A DNA stretch of 64,000 nt from Escherichia coli. GTDB taxonomy: Bacteria; Pseudomonadota; Gammaproteobacteria; Enterobacterales; Enterobacteriaceae. The stretch's first letter is position 1. Each line of letters begins with the position of its first letter. Position numbers and translations under genes: made by a program. Below are positions 46,879 through 59,727 of this stretch, in pieces. A model generated the notes under the pieces. It was not told the origin of the DNA and made no database searches. It saw only the letters and a program-made list of their open reading frames with translations. The stretch is from NCBI RefSeq assembly GCF_003018255.1, contig NZ_CP027440.1. The stretch is one strand, 5' to 3'.

Positions 46879-48009
46879 GGGAACAACTTTCGGGCGCAAA
46901 AACATTGCCGGAAGCGCCACCAGCGCCATCACCCAGAACACGCCGTGGCCCAGATATTGATACAGGAAACCGGCGAAAACGGTCATGATCGCAATACTGC
47001 CGCCCATCGCGACGGCAGAGTAAACCGCCTGTAAACGGATGACTTCGCTACCCTGGCGAGCGGCAATATAGCGCATGGCGGCCAGGTGGCAGACCGTGAA
47101 GGTGCCACAATGCAGAATTTGCACCACTATCAACCACGGCAACGCCGTAGTTGCTCCCATAATGCCCCAGCGCACTACGCCGCAAATCGCTGAGATCAAC
47201 AGCATATCGCGTGCACTACAACGGCGGAAAAGTTTATTACTCAGCGCAAAGATAATGACTTCCGCCACCACGCCCAGCGACCACAAATAGCCCACCGCCG
47301 AGGCCGAGTAGCCAGCAGCCTGCCAGTAAATGGCGCTAAAACCGTAATAGGCCGCATGCGCCCCCTGCAATAAACAAACGCAGGCCAGAAAGCGCCAGTT
47401 CTGGCGAACCAACGCCAACCACGCAGACCAACCGGTGCTCTCCTGCTGGCGGCTTGCCCCTTGTGGCTGAATCGTCGGACGGATGAGAAAGCCGAGCAGC
47501 ATGGATGCCACGCCCAACGTCAACAGCGCGAGGATCACCCGATAATCAAACATAGTGACCAGTTTGCCCGTCAGCGACGAGCCAATGACAAACGCCACCG
47601 AGCCCCACAATCGCACTTTGCCGTAATCAAGCGGGAACTGCTTTTGCCACGTATTCGCCAGTGCATCGGTCAACGGTACCAGCGGTGAGAAAAAGAGGTT
47701 AAAGCCAATCATCACCAGCATCAGCCACGCTACGTGCGCCCCCGCCCAGAAGGCGACAGCAAAGAGAAGTGTCAGCAGTGCCAGCACGCGCAAGGCGGAA
47801 ATCAGGCGAGAAGGATCGCTGACGCGGGGCGCGATGAGCAAGCTCCCGAGAAAACGGGCAACCAGACCTGCCCCCAATAACAGGCCGATGGTTTCTGGCG
47901 TTAAACCAATCCCCTTAAGCCAAACGCTCCAGAAAGGTAGAAAAATGCCGTAACTAAAAAAGTATGTGAAATAGCCGAGCGCCAACCAGCGCGTGGATTG
48001 CAAAACCAT
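46870..48009 (-). CDS. hcaT: MFS transporter HcaT (putative 3-phenylpropionate transporter, 379 aa)
   Basis: MVLQSTRWLALGYFTYFFSYGIFLPFWSVWLKG; multiple TM segments; 3' end overlaps csiE 3' end by 9 bp. Confidence 0.92.
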   Translation of the reverse strand: MVLQSTRWLALGYFTYFFSYGIFLPFWSVWLKGIGLTPETIGLLLGAGLVARFLGSLLIAPRVSDPSRLISALRVLALLTLLFAVAFWAGAHVAWLMLVMIGFNLFFSPLVPLTDALANTWQKQFPLDYGKVRLWGSVAFVIGSSLTGKLVTMFDYRVILALLTLGVASMLLGFLIRPTIQPQGASRQQESTGWSAWLALVRQNWRFLACVCLLQGAHAAYYGFSAIYWQAAGYSASAVGYLWSLGVVAEVIIFALSNKLFRRCSARDMLLISAICGVVRWGIMGATTALPWLIVVQILHCGTFTVCHLAAMRYIAARQGSEVIRLQAVYSAVAMGGSIAIMTVFAGFLYQYLGHGVFWVMALVALPAMFLRPKVVPSC

Positions 48010-48168
48010 GAGTCCCTCCCGTCAGGAGGCGTTAGTCTGGGGTTAATCGAATGTTGGTGCAAGTTGAAAAATAAGAATATTCGAGCCTGCTTCCCGATGT
48101 CTGTAACGCCAGTTCACAAGCACTAAAAAACTGCGATCCGCGACGCGTTTTGCAAAAATAATGCGTAA

Positions 48169-49059
48169 TTATGCCGTTACGCTTGCCAAACGTTCCTGCA
48201 CAATGGCGATGAAATCGCGTAATGCCGGCTTCATCTCCCCTTTCTTCCACGCCATCAGTAAAGCAATGGCAGGCACATTTCCGGCAATGGGTCGAAATAC
48301 CACCTGGCCGGTATTAAAATTATTCATATAACCGGGTATCAAAGTGACGCCCAGCCCCATCCCCACCAGATTCATGGTCACCAGAATATTCGTTGCCACC
48401 TGGACGATATTTGGCTGGCTGTTTTCTTGCGCAAACCACGCTTTAACGATCGGCGCAAGCGAACCGGAATACGCTGGATCAGTACTGACGAAATTCACGC
48501 CATCCAGTTGCGCGGCAGTGATCTCTTTTTCATGTGCTAAAGGGTGATCAACCGGTAACACCACCACTAATGGTTCGTCAAAAAGCTCCAGATAATCAAT
48601 CTCCGGGCTATAAACAGGATGGCGCATTAAGCCGACGTCGAGTTCACCACGGCGAATTTTTTCTTCCTGTTCCGTGGTGATTAAACTCACCAGCTCAATT
48701 AAGGTGTCTGGCTGTCTGAGACGAAACATCGGTAATACTTTTGGCAGTAAATTCACTTCCGCCGATGGCACAAAGCCAATGGTTAATTGTCTGTCTTCCT
48801 GAACAATTTTCCGCGCCCGTAATTTGGCATTTTCCGCTTGTTCGAGGATTGCCAGCGCGTCCTGGAGAAAACATTCTCCCGCCGCCGTCAACGCGACTTT
48901 GCGCTTATCCCTCACCAGCAACGGAACACCGACACAGTTTTCAAGATCGCGGATCTGGCTGCTTAACGAAGGCTGTGAGGTATGCAGTTTTTCCGCCGCA
49001 CGGGTAAAGTTCAGTGCCTGCGCCACTGCGACGAAATAGCGTAAATGCCGTAGTTCCAT
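48169..49059 (-). CDS. hcaR: LysR-type transcriptional activator HcaR (296 aa)
   Basis: Track ORF 48169..49152; conserved start MELRHLRYFVAVAQALNFTRAAEKLHTSQPSLSSQIRDLE at codon 32. Confidence 0.92.
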   Translation of the reverse strand: MELRHLRYFVAVAQALNFTRAAEKLHTSQPSLSSQIRDLENCVGVPLLVRDKRKVALTAAGECFLQDALAILEQAENAKLRARKIVQEDRQLTIGFVPSAEVNLLPKVLPMFRLRQPDTLIELVSLITTEQEEKIRRGELDVGLMRHPVYSPEIDYLELFDEPLVVVLPVDHPLAHEKEITAAQLDGVNFVSTDPAYSGSLAPIVKAWFAQENSQPNIVQVATNILVTMNLVGMGLGVTLIPGYMNNFNTGQVVFRPIAGNVPAIALLMAWKKGEMKPALRDFIAIVQERLASVTA

Positions 49060-51070
<2,011 letters not shown>

Positions 51071-51071
<1 letters not shown>

Positions 51072-51391
51072 TGAATCGAATTTATGCGTGTCCCGTTGCG
51101 GATGTGCCGGAGGGTGAGGCTCTCCGGATCGATACCTCGCCCGTCATCGCCCTGTTCAACGTAGGCGGCGAGTTTTATGCCATTAACGATCGTTGCAGCC
51201 ATGGTAATGCGTCGATGTCAGAAGGGTATCTGGAAGATGACGCCACGGTGGAGTGCCCGCTGCACGCCGCCAGTTTTTGCCTGAAAACGGGGAAAGCGTT
51301 ATGCCTGCCCGCCACCGATCCGCTAACCACTTATCCAGTACACGTTGAAGGTGGTGACATCTTCATCGACTTACCGGAGGCGCAGCCATGA
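51071..51391 (+). CDS. hcaC: 3-phenylpropionate dioxygenase ferredoxin subunit (Rieske, 106 aa)
   Basis: [28 protein letters not shown]. Confidence 0.94.
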
Positions 51392-52200
51392 GCGATCTGC
51401 ATAACGAGTCCATCTTTATTACCGGCGGCGGATCGGGATTAGGCCTGGCGCTGGCCGAGCGATTTATCGAAGAAGGCGCGCAGGTTGCCACGCTGGAACT
51501 GTCGGCGGCAAAAGTCGCCAGTCTGCGTCAGCGATTTGGCGAACATATTCTGGCGGTGGAAGGTAACGTGACCTGCTATGCCGATTATCAACGCGCGGTT
51601 AATCAGATCCTGACTCGTTCTGGCAAGCTGGATTGTTTTATCGGCAATGCGGGCATCTGGGATCACAATGCCTCACTGGTTAACACTCCCGCAGAGACGC
51701 TCGAAACCGGCTTCCACGAGCTGTTTAATGTCAACGTACTCGGTTACCTGCTGGGCGCAAAAGCCTGCGCTCCGGCGTTAATCGCCAGTGAAGGCAGCAT
51801 GATTTTCACACTGTCAAACGCCGCCTGGTATCCCGGCGGCGGTGGCCCGCTGTACACCGCCAGTAAACATGCCGCAACCGGACTTATTCGCCAACTGGCT
51901 TATGAACTGGCACCGAAAGTGCGGGTGAATGGCGTCGGCCCGTGTGGTATGGCCAGCGACCTGCGCGGCCCACAGGCGCTCGGGCAAAGTGAAACCTCGA
52001 TAATGCAGTCTCTGACGCCGGAGAAAATTGCCGCCATTTTACCGCTGCAATTTTTCCCGCAACCGGCGGATTTTACGGGTCCGTATGTGATGTTGGCATC
52101 GCGGCGCAATAATCGCGCATTAAGCGGTGTGATGATCAACGCTGATGCGGGTTTAGCGATTCGCGGCATTCGCCACGTAGCGGCTGGGCTGGATCTTTAA
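51388..52200 (+). CDS. hcaB: 2,3-dihydroxy-2,3-dihydrophenylpropionate dehydrogenase (SDR, 270 aa)
   Basis: [16 protein letters not shown]ossmann motif; overlaps hcaC stop. Confidence 0.94.
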   Translation: MSDLHNESIFITGGGSGLGLALAERFIEEGAQVATLELSAAKVASLRQRFGEHILAVEGNVTCYADYQRAVNQILTRSGKLDCFIGNAGIWDHNASLVNTPAETLETGFHELFNVNVLGYLLGAKACAPALIASEGSMIFTLSNAAWYPGGGGPLYTASKHAATGLIRQLAYELAPKVRVNGVGPCGMASDLRGPQALGQSETSIMQSLTPEKIAAILPLQFFPQPADFTGPYVMLASRRNNRALSGVMINADAGLAIRGIRHVAAGLDL

Positions 52201-53412
<1,212 letters not shown>

Positions 53413-53508
53413 CCAGGATAATTAGCGAATATCTCAATGCCAGGGGCGTGGCGAGGTGCAAGAGTGTGTATTACGTTTAAATCACATTATCTTGCAAAGG
53501 GATTGGTT

Positions 53509-53931
53509 ATGAACTCACTACGTTATTTTGATTTTGGTGCTGCACGCCCCGTTTTGTTATTAATTGCCCGTATCGCCGTGGTCTTAATTTTCATTATTTT
53601 TGGTTTTCCCAAAATGATGGGCTTTGACGGTACGGTCCAATATATGGCCTCGCTGGGCGCGCCGATGCCGATGCTGGCAGCGATTATTGCGGTAGTTATG
53701 GAAGTGCCCGCCGCGATATTAATCGTGCTTGGCTTTTTCACCCGTCCGCTGGCGGTGCTGTTTATTTTCTACACGCTGGGTACGGCGGTGATTGGTCACC
53801 ATTACTGGGATATGACCGGCGATGCGGTTGGGCCAAATATGATTAATTTCTGGAAGAATGTCAGTATCGCTGGCGCATTCCTGCTGTTGGCAATTACCGG
53901 GCCGGGGGCGATTTCTCTCGATCGGCGTTAG
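53509..53931 (+). CDS. yphA: DoxX-family inner membrane protein YphA (140 aa)
   Basis: Track ORF 53437..53931; start [39 protein letters not shown] at codon 25. Confidence 0.88.
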   Translation: MNSLRYFDFGAARPVLLLIARIAVVLIFIIFGFPKMMGFDGTVQYMASLGAPMPMLAAIIAVVMEVPAAILIVLGFFTRPLAVLFIFYTLGTAVIGHHYWDMTGDAVGPNMINFWKNVSIAGAFLLLAITGPGAISLDRR

Positions 53932-53937
53932 GAAAGA

Positions 53938-54072
53938 TGCCGGATGCGGCGTGAACGCCTTATCCTGCCTACCGTTCCAACACCAATTGTAGGCCTGATA
54001 AGACGCGGCAAGCGTCGCATCAGGCATCGTGCGCCGAGTGCCGGATGCGGTGTGAACGCCTTATCCGGCATT
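53938..54072. repeat. BIME with three REP elements between yphA and yphB
   Basis: gccggatgcggcgtgaacgccttatcctgcctac / gtaggcctgataagacgcggcaagcgtcgcatcaggc / gccggatgcggtgtgaacgccttatccggc. Confidence 0.8.
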
Positions 54073-54079
54073 TTATAAA

Positions 54080-54952
54080 TTACAGTAACGCAACCCGCAA
54101 CGACATCTCTGAAGTTGTTGATTCCCCTGGTGCAAGCGCAATGAGGTCACCACCTTCCGGGCGATGATGGTCATCTGGCGCATGGCTCATCGGTTCCAGA
54201 CAGAAGAAATCAAACGCATATCCTTTATCAAACGCCGGGTCGGAAACAAAGATGAAATAACACGGTGCAGGTGGCGTCGTTTCTATGATGATGGCATAAC
54301 CCTCCTGCGGCTGCTCGATGCGGGCCTGACCATTCCATCCGGCAAAACCATTGTTCACCCACTGGCGCGGCAACGGCGCGAGCTGGTTAAAATCCAATTC
54401 TTGCGGTAGCTGCTCGCAAAACTCACCCGCCAGCCACTGCTCCCGCTCCAGCCAGTAACCGCTCGCCTGTGCCTGAATCCGCGTTTGCGGCGACAACGGA
54501 AAATAAGGATGCCAGCCGGTACCAAATGGCAGCGTCTCTGCCCCTTGATTGGTGACAGAGAGTGTCACCGTCAGCGTATCCGCCGTTAAATGAAACGTCT
54601 GGCTTACCCGATAGTGATAAACACCGCTGCGATGTTCATACACCAGACACAAGATATCATCATTGCGCGAGACACATTGCCACTGCCCCAGCCAGCCGTC
54701 GCCGTGCAGATAGTGCGCATCCCACTCAACATTCGGTTGCAGTTGATACTCACGCCCCTGCCAGACAAAACGGTTGCCGCTCACCCGGTTTGCAAATGGC
54801 ACCAGCGGAAAACAAGAGGCATCGGTTGCCACACCGTTTTTTTTACCAGGACGTAAGAGCGGCGTCGTATCGCGCCAGAAGCCTTCGATTACGCCGCCCT
54901 GGTCAGAAACGCCCAGCTTTAGCGACCCGTGGGATAAGGTATAGATGGTCAT
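54080..54952 (-). CDS. yphB: Aldose 1-epimerase (mutarotase) family protein YphB (290 aa)
   Basis: Track ORF MTIYTLSHGSLKLGVSDQGGVIEGFWRD. Confidence 0.9.
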   Translation of the reverse strand: MTIYTLSHGSLKLGVSDQGGVIEGFWRDTTPLLRPGKKNGVATDASCFPLVPFANRVSGNRFVWQGREYQLQPNVEWDAHYLHGDGWLGQWQCVSRNDDILCLVYEHRSGVYHYRVSQTFHLTADTLTVTLSVTNQGAETLPFGTGWHPYFPLSPQTRIQAQASGYWLEREQWLAGEFCEQLPQELDFNQLAPLPRQWVNNGFAGWNGQARIEQPQEGYAIIIETTPPAPCYFIFVSDPAFDKGYAFDFFCLEPMSHAPDDHHRPEGGDLIALAPGESTTSEMSLRVALL

Positions 54953-54963
54953 CCGCTAACTCC

Positions 54964-56025
54964 TTAATCCGGGAAGTTAATCACAACTTTCCCGCATTTG
55001 CCGCTTGCCATCAGTGCATAAGCATCTCCCGCCTGTTCCAGCGAGAAGCGGTGGGTAATGGCGTTACGCGGCCACAGTTTCCAGTCCGTTAAATCGTGGG
55101 CGCATTTTTCCATATGGAACAGACTGGTCACCCAGGAGCCGATAATCCGCCGTTGATGGTGCATCAGGTCGGCGCTAACCTCGAACTCGACTTTTCCGGT
55201 TTCACCAATGTAAACCACGCGTCCCCAGTCAGCGGTGGATTGCAGTGCCAGTAAGCGACCTGCGGCATTACCGGAACAATCAAGCGCAACATCCGCGCCG
55301 CCGTGAGTGAGTTCGGCGATTATCTGCGGCAGACCTTCGGTGGTCGCTAAATAGCCGTGATCCATCACTCCTAACTGTTTCGCCATCGCCAGACGTTCCG
55401 GCAGCATATCAACGCCGATGATCCTTTTTGCACCGCGACCTTTCGCCAGCATCATCGCCATCATGCCGACCGGCCCCAGACCGACCACCAGTACGTTATC
55501 ACTGCCGGAAACTTCGCCGCGCAAAATCCCTTCATACGCTGTACCAACGCCGCAACTGATAAACGCACCATCTTCGTAACTCAGTGCATCCGGCAGGAGG
55601 ATCAGATCTTTTTCTTCCGCCAGCAGATATTCGGCATGACCGCCGTCACGCTGCCAGCCGTAAGCCGCTTTTCCTTCGCCAGTACAAGAGATAGGAAAGC
55701 CGCGACGGCAGTTCGGGCAAAAACCACAGCCAGAAATGTGATACACCAGCACACGGTCGCCCTCTTTAAAATGGCGGCAGCCTTGCCCCATCGCCACAAT
55801 CTGCCCGCACGGTTCATGACCGTTGATAAATCCCTGGTATAACGGTTTATCGGGTGCCGCTGCCGTGGCACGGTGTTGATGATAGATATAGTGGACATCG
55901 CTTCCGCAAATCCCGGAGGATTTCATTTTGATCAGTACCTGGTTAATCCCCGGCGTCGGCACCGCAACTTCCCGCAGATCGACGGTCGAATTTCCTGGTA
56001 AATAAGCTGCCAGCATCGTTTTCAT
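54964..56025 (-). CDS. yphC: Zn-dependent alcohol/polyol dehydrogenase family protein YphC (353 aa)
   Basis: Track ORF 54964..56058; likely start MKTMLAAYLPGNSTVDLREV at codon 12; GHEPCG and GLGPVG motifs. Confidence 0.88.
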   Translation of the reverse strand: MKTMLAAYLPGNSTVDLREVAVPTPGINQVLIKMKSSGICGSDVHYIYHQHRATAAAPDKPLYQGFINGHEPCGQIVAMGQGCRHFKEGDRVLVYHISGCGFCPNCRRGFPISCTGEGKAAYGWQRDGGHAEYLLAEEKDLILLPDALSYEDGAFISCGVGTAYEGILRGEVSGSDNVLVVGLGPVGMMAMMLAKGRGAKRIIGVDMLPERLAMAKQLGVMDHGYLATTEGLPQIIAELTHGGADVALDCSGNAAGRLLALQSTADWGRVVYIGETGKVEFEVSADLMHHQRRIIGSWVTSLFHMEKCAHDLTDWKLWPRNAITHRFSLEQAGDAYALMASGKCGKVVINFPD

Positions 56026-56090
56026 AAATCCCTCATTAACAATACGATTAATTTTCATCCCTGCCGCACCCGCGCCAGGGGCGTTAAGGT

Positions 56091-57089
56091 TTAGCGTTTC
56101 GCTTTACTGCTACGCTGAGTCAGCAAGATATTCGCCAGCACCGCCACCACGATGATGACGCCGCGCACCACCTGCTGGAAAAAGGAGTTAATCCCGAGCA
56201 GCACCAGACCGTTACCGATTAGCGTAATCACCAGTACGCCAAGCAGCGTACCGAACAACGAGCCGCGACCACCGGAAAGCGCCGTACCGCCAACCACGAC
56301 CGCGGCGATGACGTCAAACTCCAGACCGTTTGCGGCACCTGCGTTACCGGAACCGAGGCGCGCCGCCAACAAAATGCCGGTCACCGCCGCTAATAATCCC
56401 GAAAGGGTAAAGATAAGAATGCGTACCCGACGAACGTTAATACCGCACAACTGTGCTGCAGTGGCATTACCGCCAACGGCAAAAACCGAGCGCCCGAAGG
56501 CGGTTTTGCGGCTGATGAACACAAACAGCGCAAACAATACCATCATGATCAGCGCGGATACCGGCACACCGAGAAATTGTCCCCCCAGCCAGTCCAGCAC
56601 TTCGTTTTCATCAATCGGCACTGGCAAGGCGTTGGTCATAAACAGCCCCATTCCGCGCAGGGCGCTCCATAAACCCAGCGTGGCAACAAAACTTGGCACG
56701 TTAAACACGCCGCGCAGCACCCCGGCGAGCGTTCCCATCAGCGCGCCTAACAGCAACACCAGCAGACACGCCACCGCCAGCGGAACTTCAAATTGCAGCA
56801 AAAATGCCAGGCACACCGAGACAAAAGCCACCATCGGACCAACGCTGACATCAATTTCACCGGAGATAATAATCAGCGTCATCGCCCATGCGGCGATCCC
56901 GATGGTGGCGGCATCGCGCAGCACGTTCATCTGGTTATTCAATGAGATAAAGCCAGGCGCGTTCAGAGAGAAGACCAGATAAAGAATGGCGATCACCACC
57001 AGCAAACCGATCTCATTAATATGGCGACTGACAAATTGTTTGAGCGAGACGCTCTTGCCCTGCGGCAATAGTAATGACGAAGCAGACAT
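56091..57089 (-). CDS. yphD: Sugar ABC transporter permease YphD (332 aa)
   Basis: Multi-TM permease of the ribose/xylose type. Confidence 0.9.
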   Translation of the reverse strand: MSASSLLLPQGKSVSLKQFVSRHINEIGLLVVIAILYLVFSLNAPGFISLNNQMNVLRDAATIGIAAWAMTLIIISGEIDVSVGPMVAFVSVCLAFLLQFEVPLAVACLLVLLLGALMGTLAGVLRGVFNVPSFVATLGLWSALRGMGLFMTNALPVPIDENEVLDWLGGQFLGVPVSALIMMVLFALFVFISRKTAFGRSVFAVGGNATAAQLCGINVRRVRILIFTLSGLLAAVTGILLAARLGSGNAGAANGLEFDVIAAVVVGGTALSGGRGSLFGTLLGVLVITLIGNGLVLLGINSFFQQVVRGVIIVVAVLANILLTQRSSKAKR

Positions 57090-57113
57090 CTTCAGGTTCC
57101 TCGGTAAAATTCA

Positions 57114-58625
57114 TCAGTGCACAGACAGAATGGCGGACATCAGCTCATCCACATTGACCGGAGCGTGAAACTCCTGCGAGAACGTACCGTGCTGTAACAA
57201 CAGAATGCGGTCGCACACCAGCGGCAACTCCTCCACTTCACTGGAGATAAACACCACGCTTTTTCCTTCGGCAGCCAGCTCGCGGACAATACGGTAAATC
57301 TGCTGTTTGGCTTCGATATCGACGCCACGCGTTGGCTCGTCGAGCAACAAAATCTGGCTGGCGGCATAGACCCAACGACCGATCACCACTTTTTGCTGAT
57401 TGCCGCCAGAAAGCGTGCCGATGGGCGTTTCGCTACTGGCGGCCTTGACCGTCATCCGCTGCATCACCTCTTCGGTCAGGCGGCGGATGGTGGACCATTG
57501 CAGCACACCGTTGGCGCTGATTTTTTGCCGATTGGTCAGCACTGTATTTTCGTCAACGCCCAGCCAGGGAATGATCCCCGCATCTTTGCGGTTTTCTGGC
57601 GTATAGCCAATGCCGCGTTTCAGCATGTCGCCGTAATCGGGGCGAGTGATTTTCTCGCCGTTGATAACAATTTCGCCCTGTTCATACGTCTCCAGCCCAA
57701 CTATGGCTTTCAACAATTCACTGCGCCCTGCCCCCAGCAGGCCAGCAATGCCGAGTACTTCGCCACGACGGAGCGTAAAGCTGATATCCTCCAGCTTGGG
57801 CTTATGGCGTAACGCACGGACTTCCAGCACGGCCTGATCGACAATTTCCTGAGGGGAAACCGGCGCAATATCAACGTGATCGCGCCCGAGCATTAGCGAC
57901 ACAATATGATGCGTGGAGGTGTTTTCGAGCATCACATCGCCCGCCACCTGACCATCGCGCATAACGGTGGCACAGGAGGCAATGCGGCGAATTTCTTCCA
58001 TCCGGTGGCTGACATAAATCACCGCCACGCCCAGTGCCGACATCTTTTTCACCGCGCTGATCACCAGTTCAACCTCCGCACTGGCAAGCGAGCTGGTGGG
58101 TTCATCAAGAATGACCACGCGCGGCTCGCCCTTCATCACCCGCGCAATTTCCACCAGCTGCTTTTGCGCCGGGCTTAGTGTTGAAACAAGTTGTTCAGGA
58201 CTAACGTCAACGCCCAACGCCTGCAAGCAACGTTGGGCGTCCTGCGCCATTTGCAGGTAATCAATCATGCCGTTGCGGCGGGGCCACTGACCGAGGCAGA
58301 GGTTTTCCGCCACTGTCAGCCCTTCCACCAGACTTAACTCCTGATAAACCGCGCGTACCCCCAGTTCAGCGGCACGGCGAGTCAGCGTAGCTTCGTCACC
58401 TTCCAGTCGCGTCTCGCCAATCCAGATATCACCGCTATCCGGACGTTCGCTACCGGTAAGCATTCGAATGAGGGTCGATTTTCCCGCACCGTTTTTGCCT
58501 AACAGCGCACGAACTTCGCCTTTATTGAGCGTGAAGTTAACGTTATCCAGCGCAACGACGCCGGGATAACGCTTATTTCCTGCCACCACTTTTGCTACCG
58601 GGACTGCCTCTGTTGCTGTGAACAT
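57114..58625 (-). CDS. yphE: Sugar ABC transporter ATP-binding protein YphE (tandem ATPase domains, 503 aa)
   Basis: Walker A GKNGAGKST; LSGGNQQK signature; duplicated ABC domains. Confidence 0.92.
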   Translation of the reverse strand: MFTATEAVPVAKVVAGNKRYPGVVALDNVNFTLNKGEVRALLGKNGAGKSTLIRMLTGSERPDSGDIWIGETRLEGDEATLTRRAAELGVRAVYQELSLVEGLTVAENLCLGQWPRRNGMIDYLQMAQDAQRCLQALGVDVSPEQLVSTLSPAQKQLVEIARVMKGEPRVVILDEPTSSLASAEVELVISAVKKMSALGVAVIYVSHRMEEIRRIASCATVMRDGQVAGDVMLENTSTHHIVSLMLGRDHVDIAPVSPQEIVDQAVLEVRALRHKPKLEDISFTLRRGEVLGIAGLLGAGRSELLKAIVGLETYEQGEIVINGEKITRPDYGDMLKRGIGYTPENRKDAGIIPWLGVDENTVLTNRQKISANGVLQWSTIRRLTEEVMQRMTVKAASSETPIGTLSGGNQQKVVIGRWVYAASQILLLDEPTRGVDIEAKQQIYRIVRELAAEGKSVVFISSEVEELPLVCDRILLLQHGTFSQEFHAPVNVDELMSAILSVH

Positions 58626-58647
58626 AGGGACCTCTGCGAATCAGCGA

Positions 58648-59631
58648 TTAGGGCAGACCATCAACGTGCGTTGCCAGCCACTGTTTACCGTCTTCCGTTT
58701 TGGTATAGAGATCGATTGGCACCTGAATCACTTTTTCACCGTCGGCTTGTTTATTGATAACCTTCAAAGTTTGCGCGAAAACAGCATTGCCCATTTTCTT
58801 ACCGGAAATATCCACCACCGCTTTCAGCACCTGATTGTTTTCCAGCTCCTGAGCAATTTCAGTGGTCATATCCGAACCGAAAACAGCAATTTTTCCGGCC
58901 TGATTTTGATTACGTACCGCTTTTACCGCGCCGAGTGTCGCACCGCCCGATTCCCCCATAATGGCGTTGAGATCCGGCGTGGAGATAATTAGTTTTTCAC
59001 CAACGGAAATCGCTTTATCTAAAACAGTCCCTTCCTGATTAGCGACTATTTGCGCGCCGGGAACGCGGGATTTTAATACCTCTTCAAATCCTTTACGTCG
59101 CTGCACACAAACTTCAAAGGCTTCGCAATTGATGACGGCAATTTTCGGCTGGTCAATTTTATTGGCAATAAAATAATCGGCGGCAGCGTTACCCAGTTTT
59201 TTACCAAATTCCAGCGGATCGCCGACCAGATACGCCGAGACATATTTATCGACACCTTTTTGATTAATACAGGTGTTGTAGCAAATCACCGGAATACCCG
59301 CTTCACTGGCGCGACGAACGGTACGACTACTGCCATTTTCAGACACTGCCGATAAAATAATGGCATCGACATTACGCGCCACGAGGGTATCAACAAAGGT
59401 ACTTTCTTTCGAAATATCGCCCTGAGCGTTAGTTTCAATTAACTGTACCTGTACTGAAGAATCTTTTGCCGCATCCTGAACGCCCTGACGCACTCCGGCG
59501 TAATATCCCTGGGTATCAAGGTATATTGCGCCAATAGTCATTTCTTTATCCGCAGCCCTGGCAAATAGTGCGCTACCCAATAGCGTAGCCATTAATAATA
59601 AATTACGGGTTCTTGTCATTTTTTTAGGCAT
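58648..59631 (-). CDS. yphF: Periplasmic sugar-binding protein YphF (327 aa)
   Basis: Signal peptide MPKKMTRTRNLLLMATLLGSALFARA; LacI/RbsB-type binding fold. Confidence 0.9.
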   Translation of the reverse strand: MPKKMTRTRNLLLMATLLGSALFARAADKEMTIGAIYLDTQGYYAGVRQGVQDAAKDSSVQVQLIETNAQGDISKESTFVDTLVARNVDAIILSAVSENGSSRTVRRASEAGIPVICYNTCINQKGVDKYVSAYLVGDPLEFGKKLGNAAADYFIANKIDQPKIAVINCEAFEVCVQRRKGFEEVLKSRVPGAQIVANQEGTVLDKAISVGEKLIISTPDLNAIMGESGGATLGAVKAVRNQNQAGKIAVFGSDMTTEIAQELENNQVLKAVVDISGKKMGNAVFAQTLKVINKQADGEKVIQVPIDLYTKTEDGKQWLATHVDGLP

Positions 59632-59684
59632 AGTGCCTCCTGTAGGGTTTTTATTTACAACGGCTTATTTTAATTATTTGAGCG

Positions 59685-59707
59685 TGAGCGGCAGCGCGTG
59701 CCGCTCA
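59685..59707 (-). terminator. Stable hairpin between yphG and yphF (intra-operon attenuator or terminator candidate)
   Basis: tgagcggca gcgcg tgccgctca, nested in a longer palindrome; A/U-rich flank but no clean U tract. Confidence 0.35.
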
Positions 59708-59727
59708 AATATTACAGTTAATAAGGT

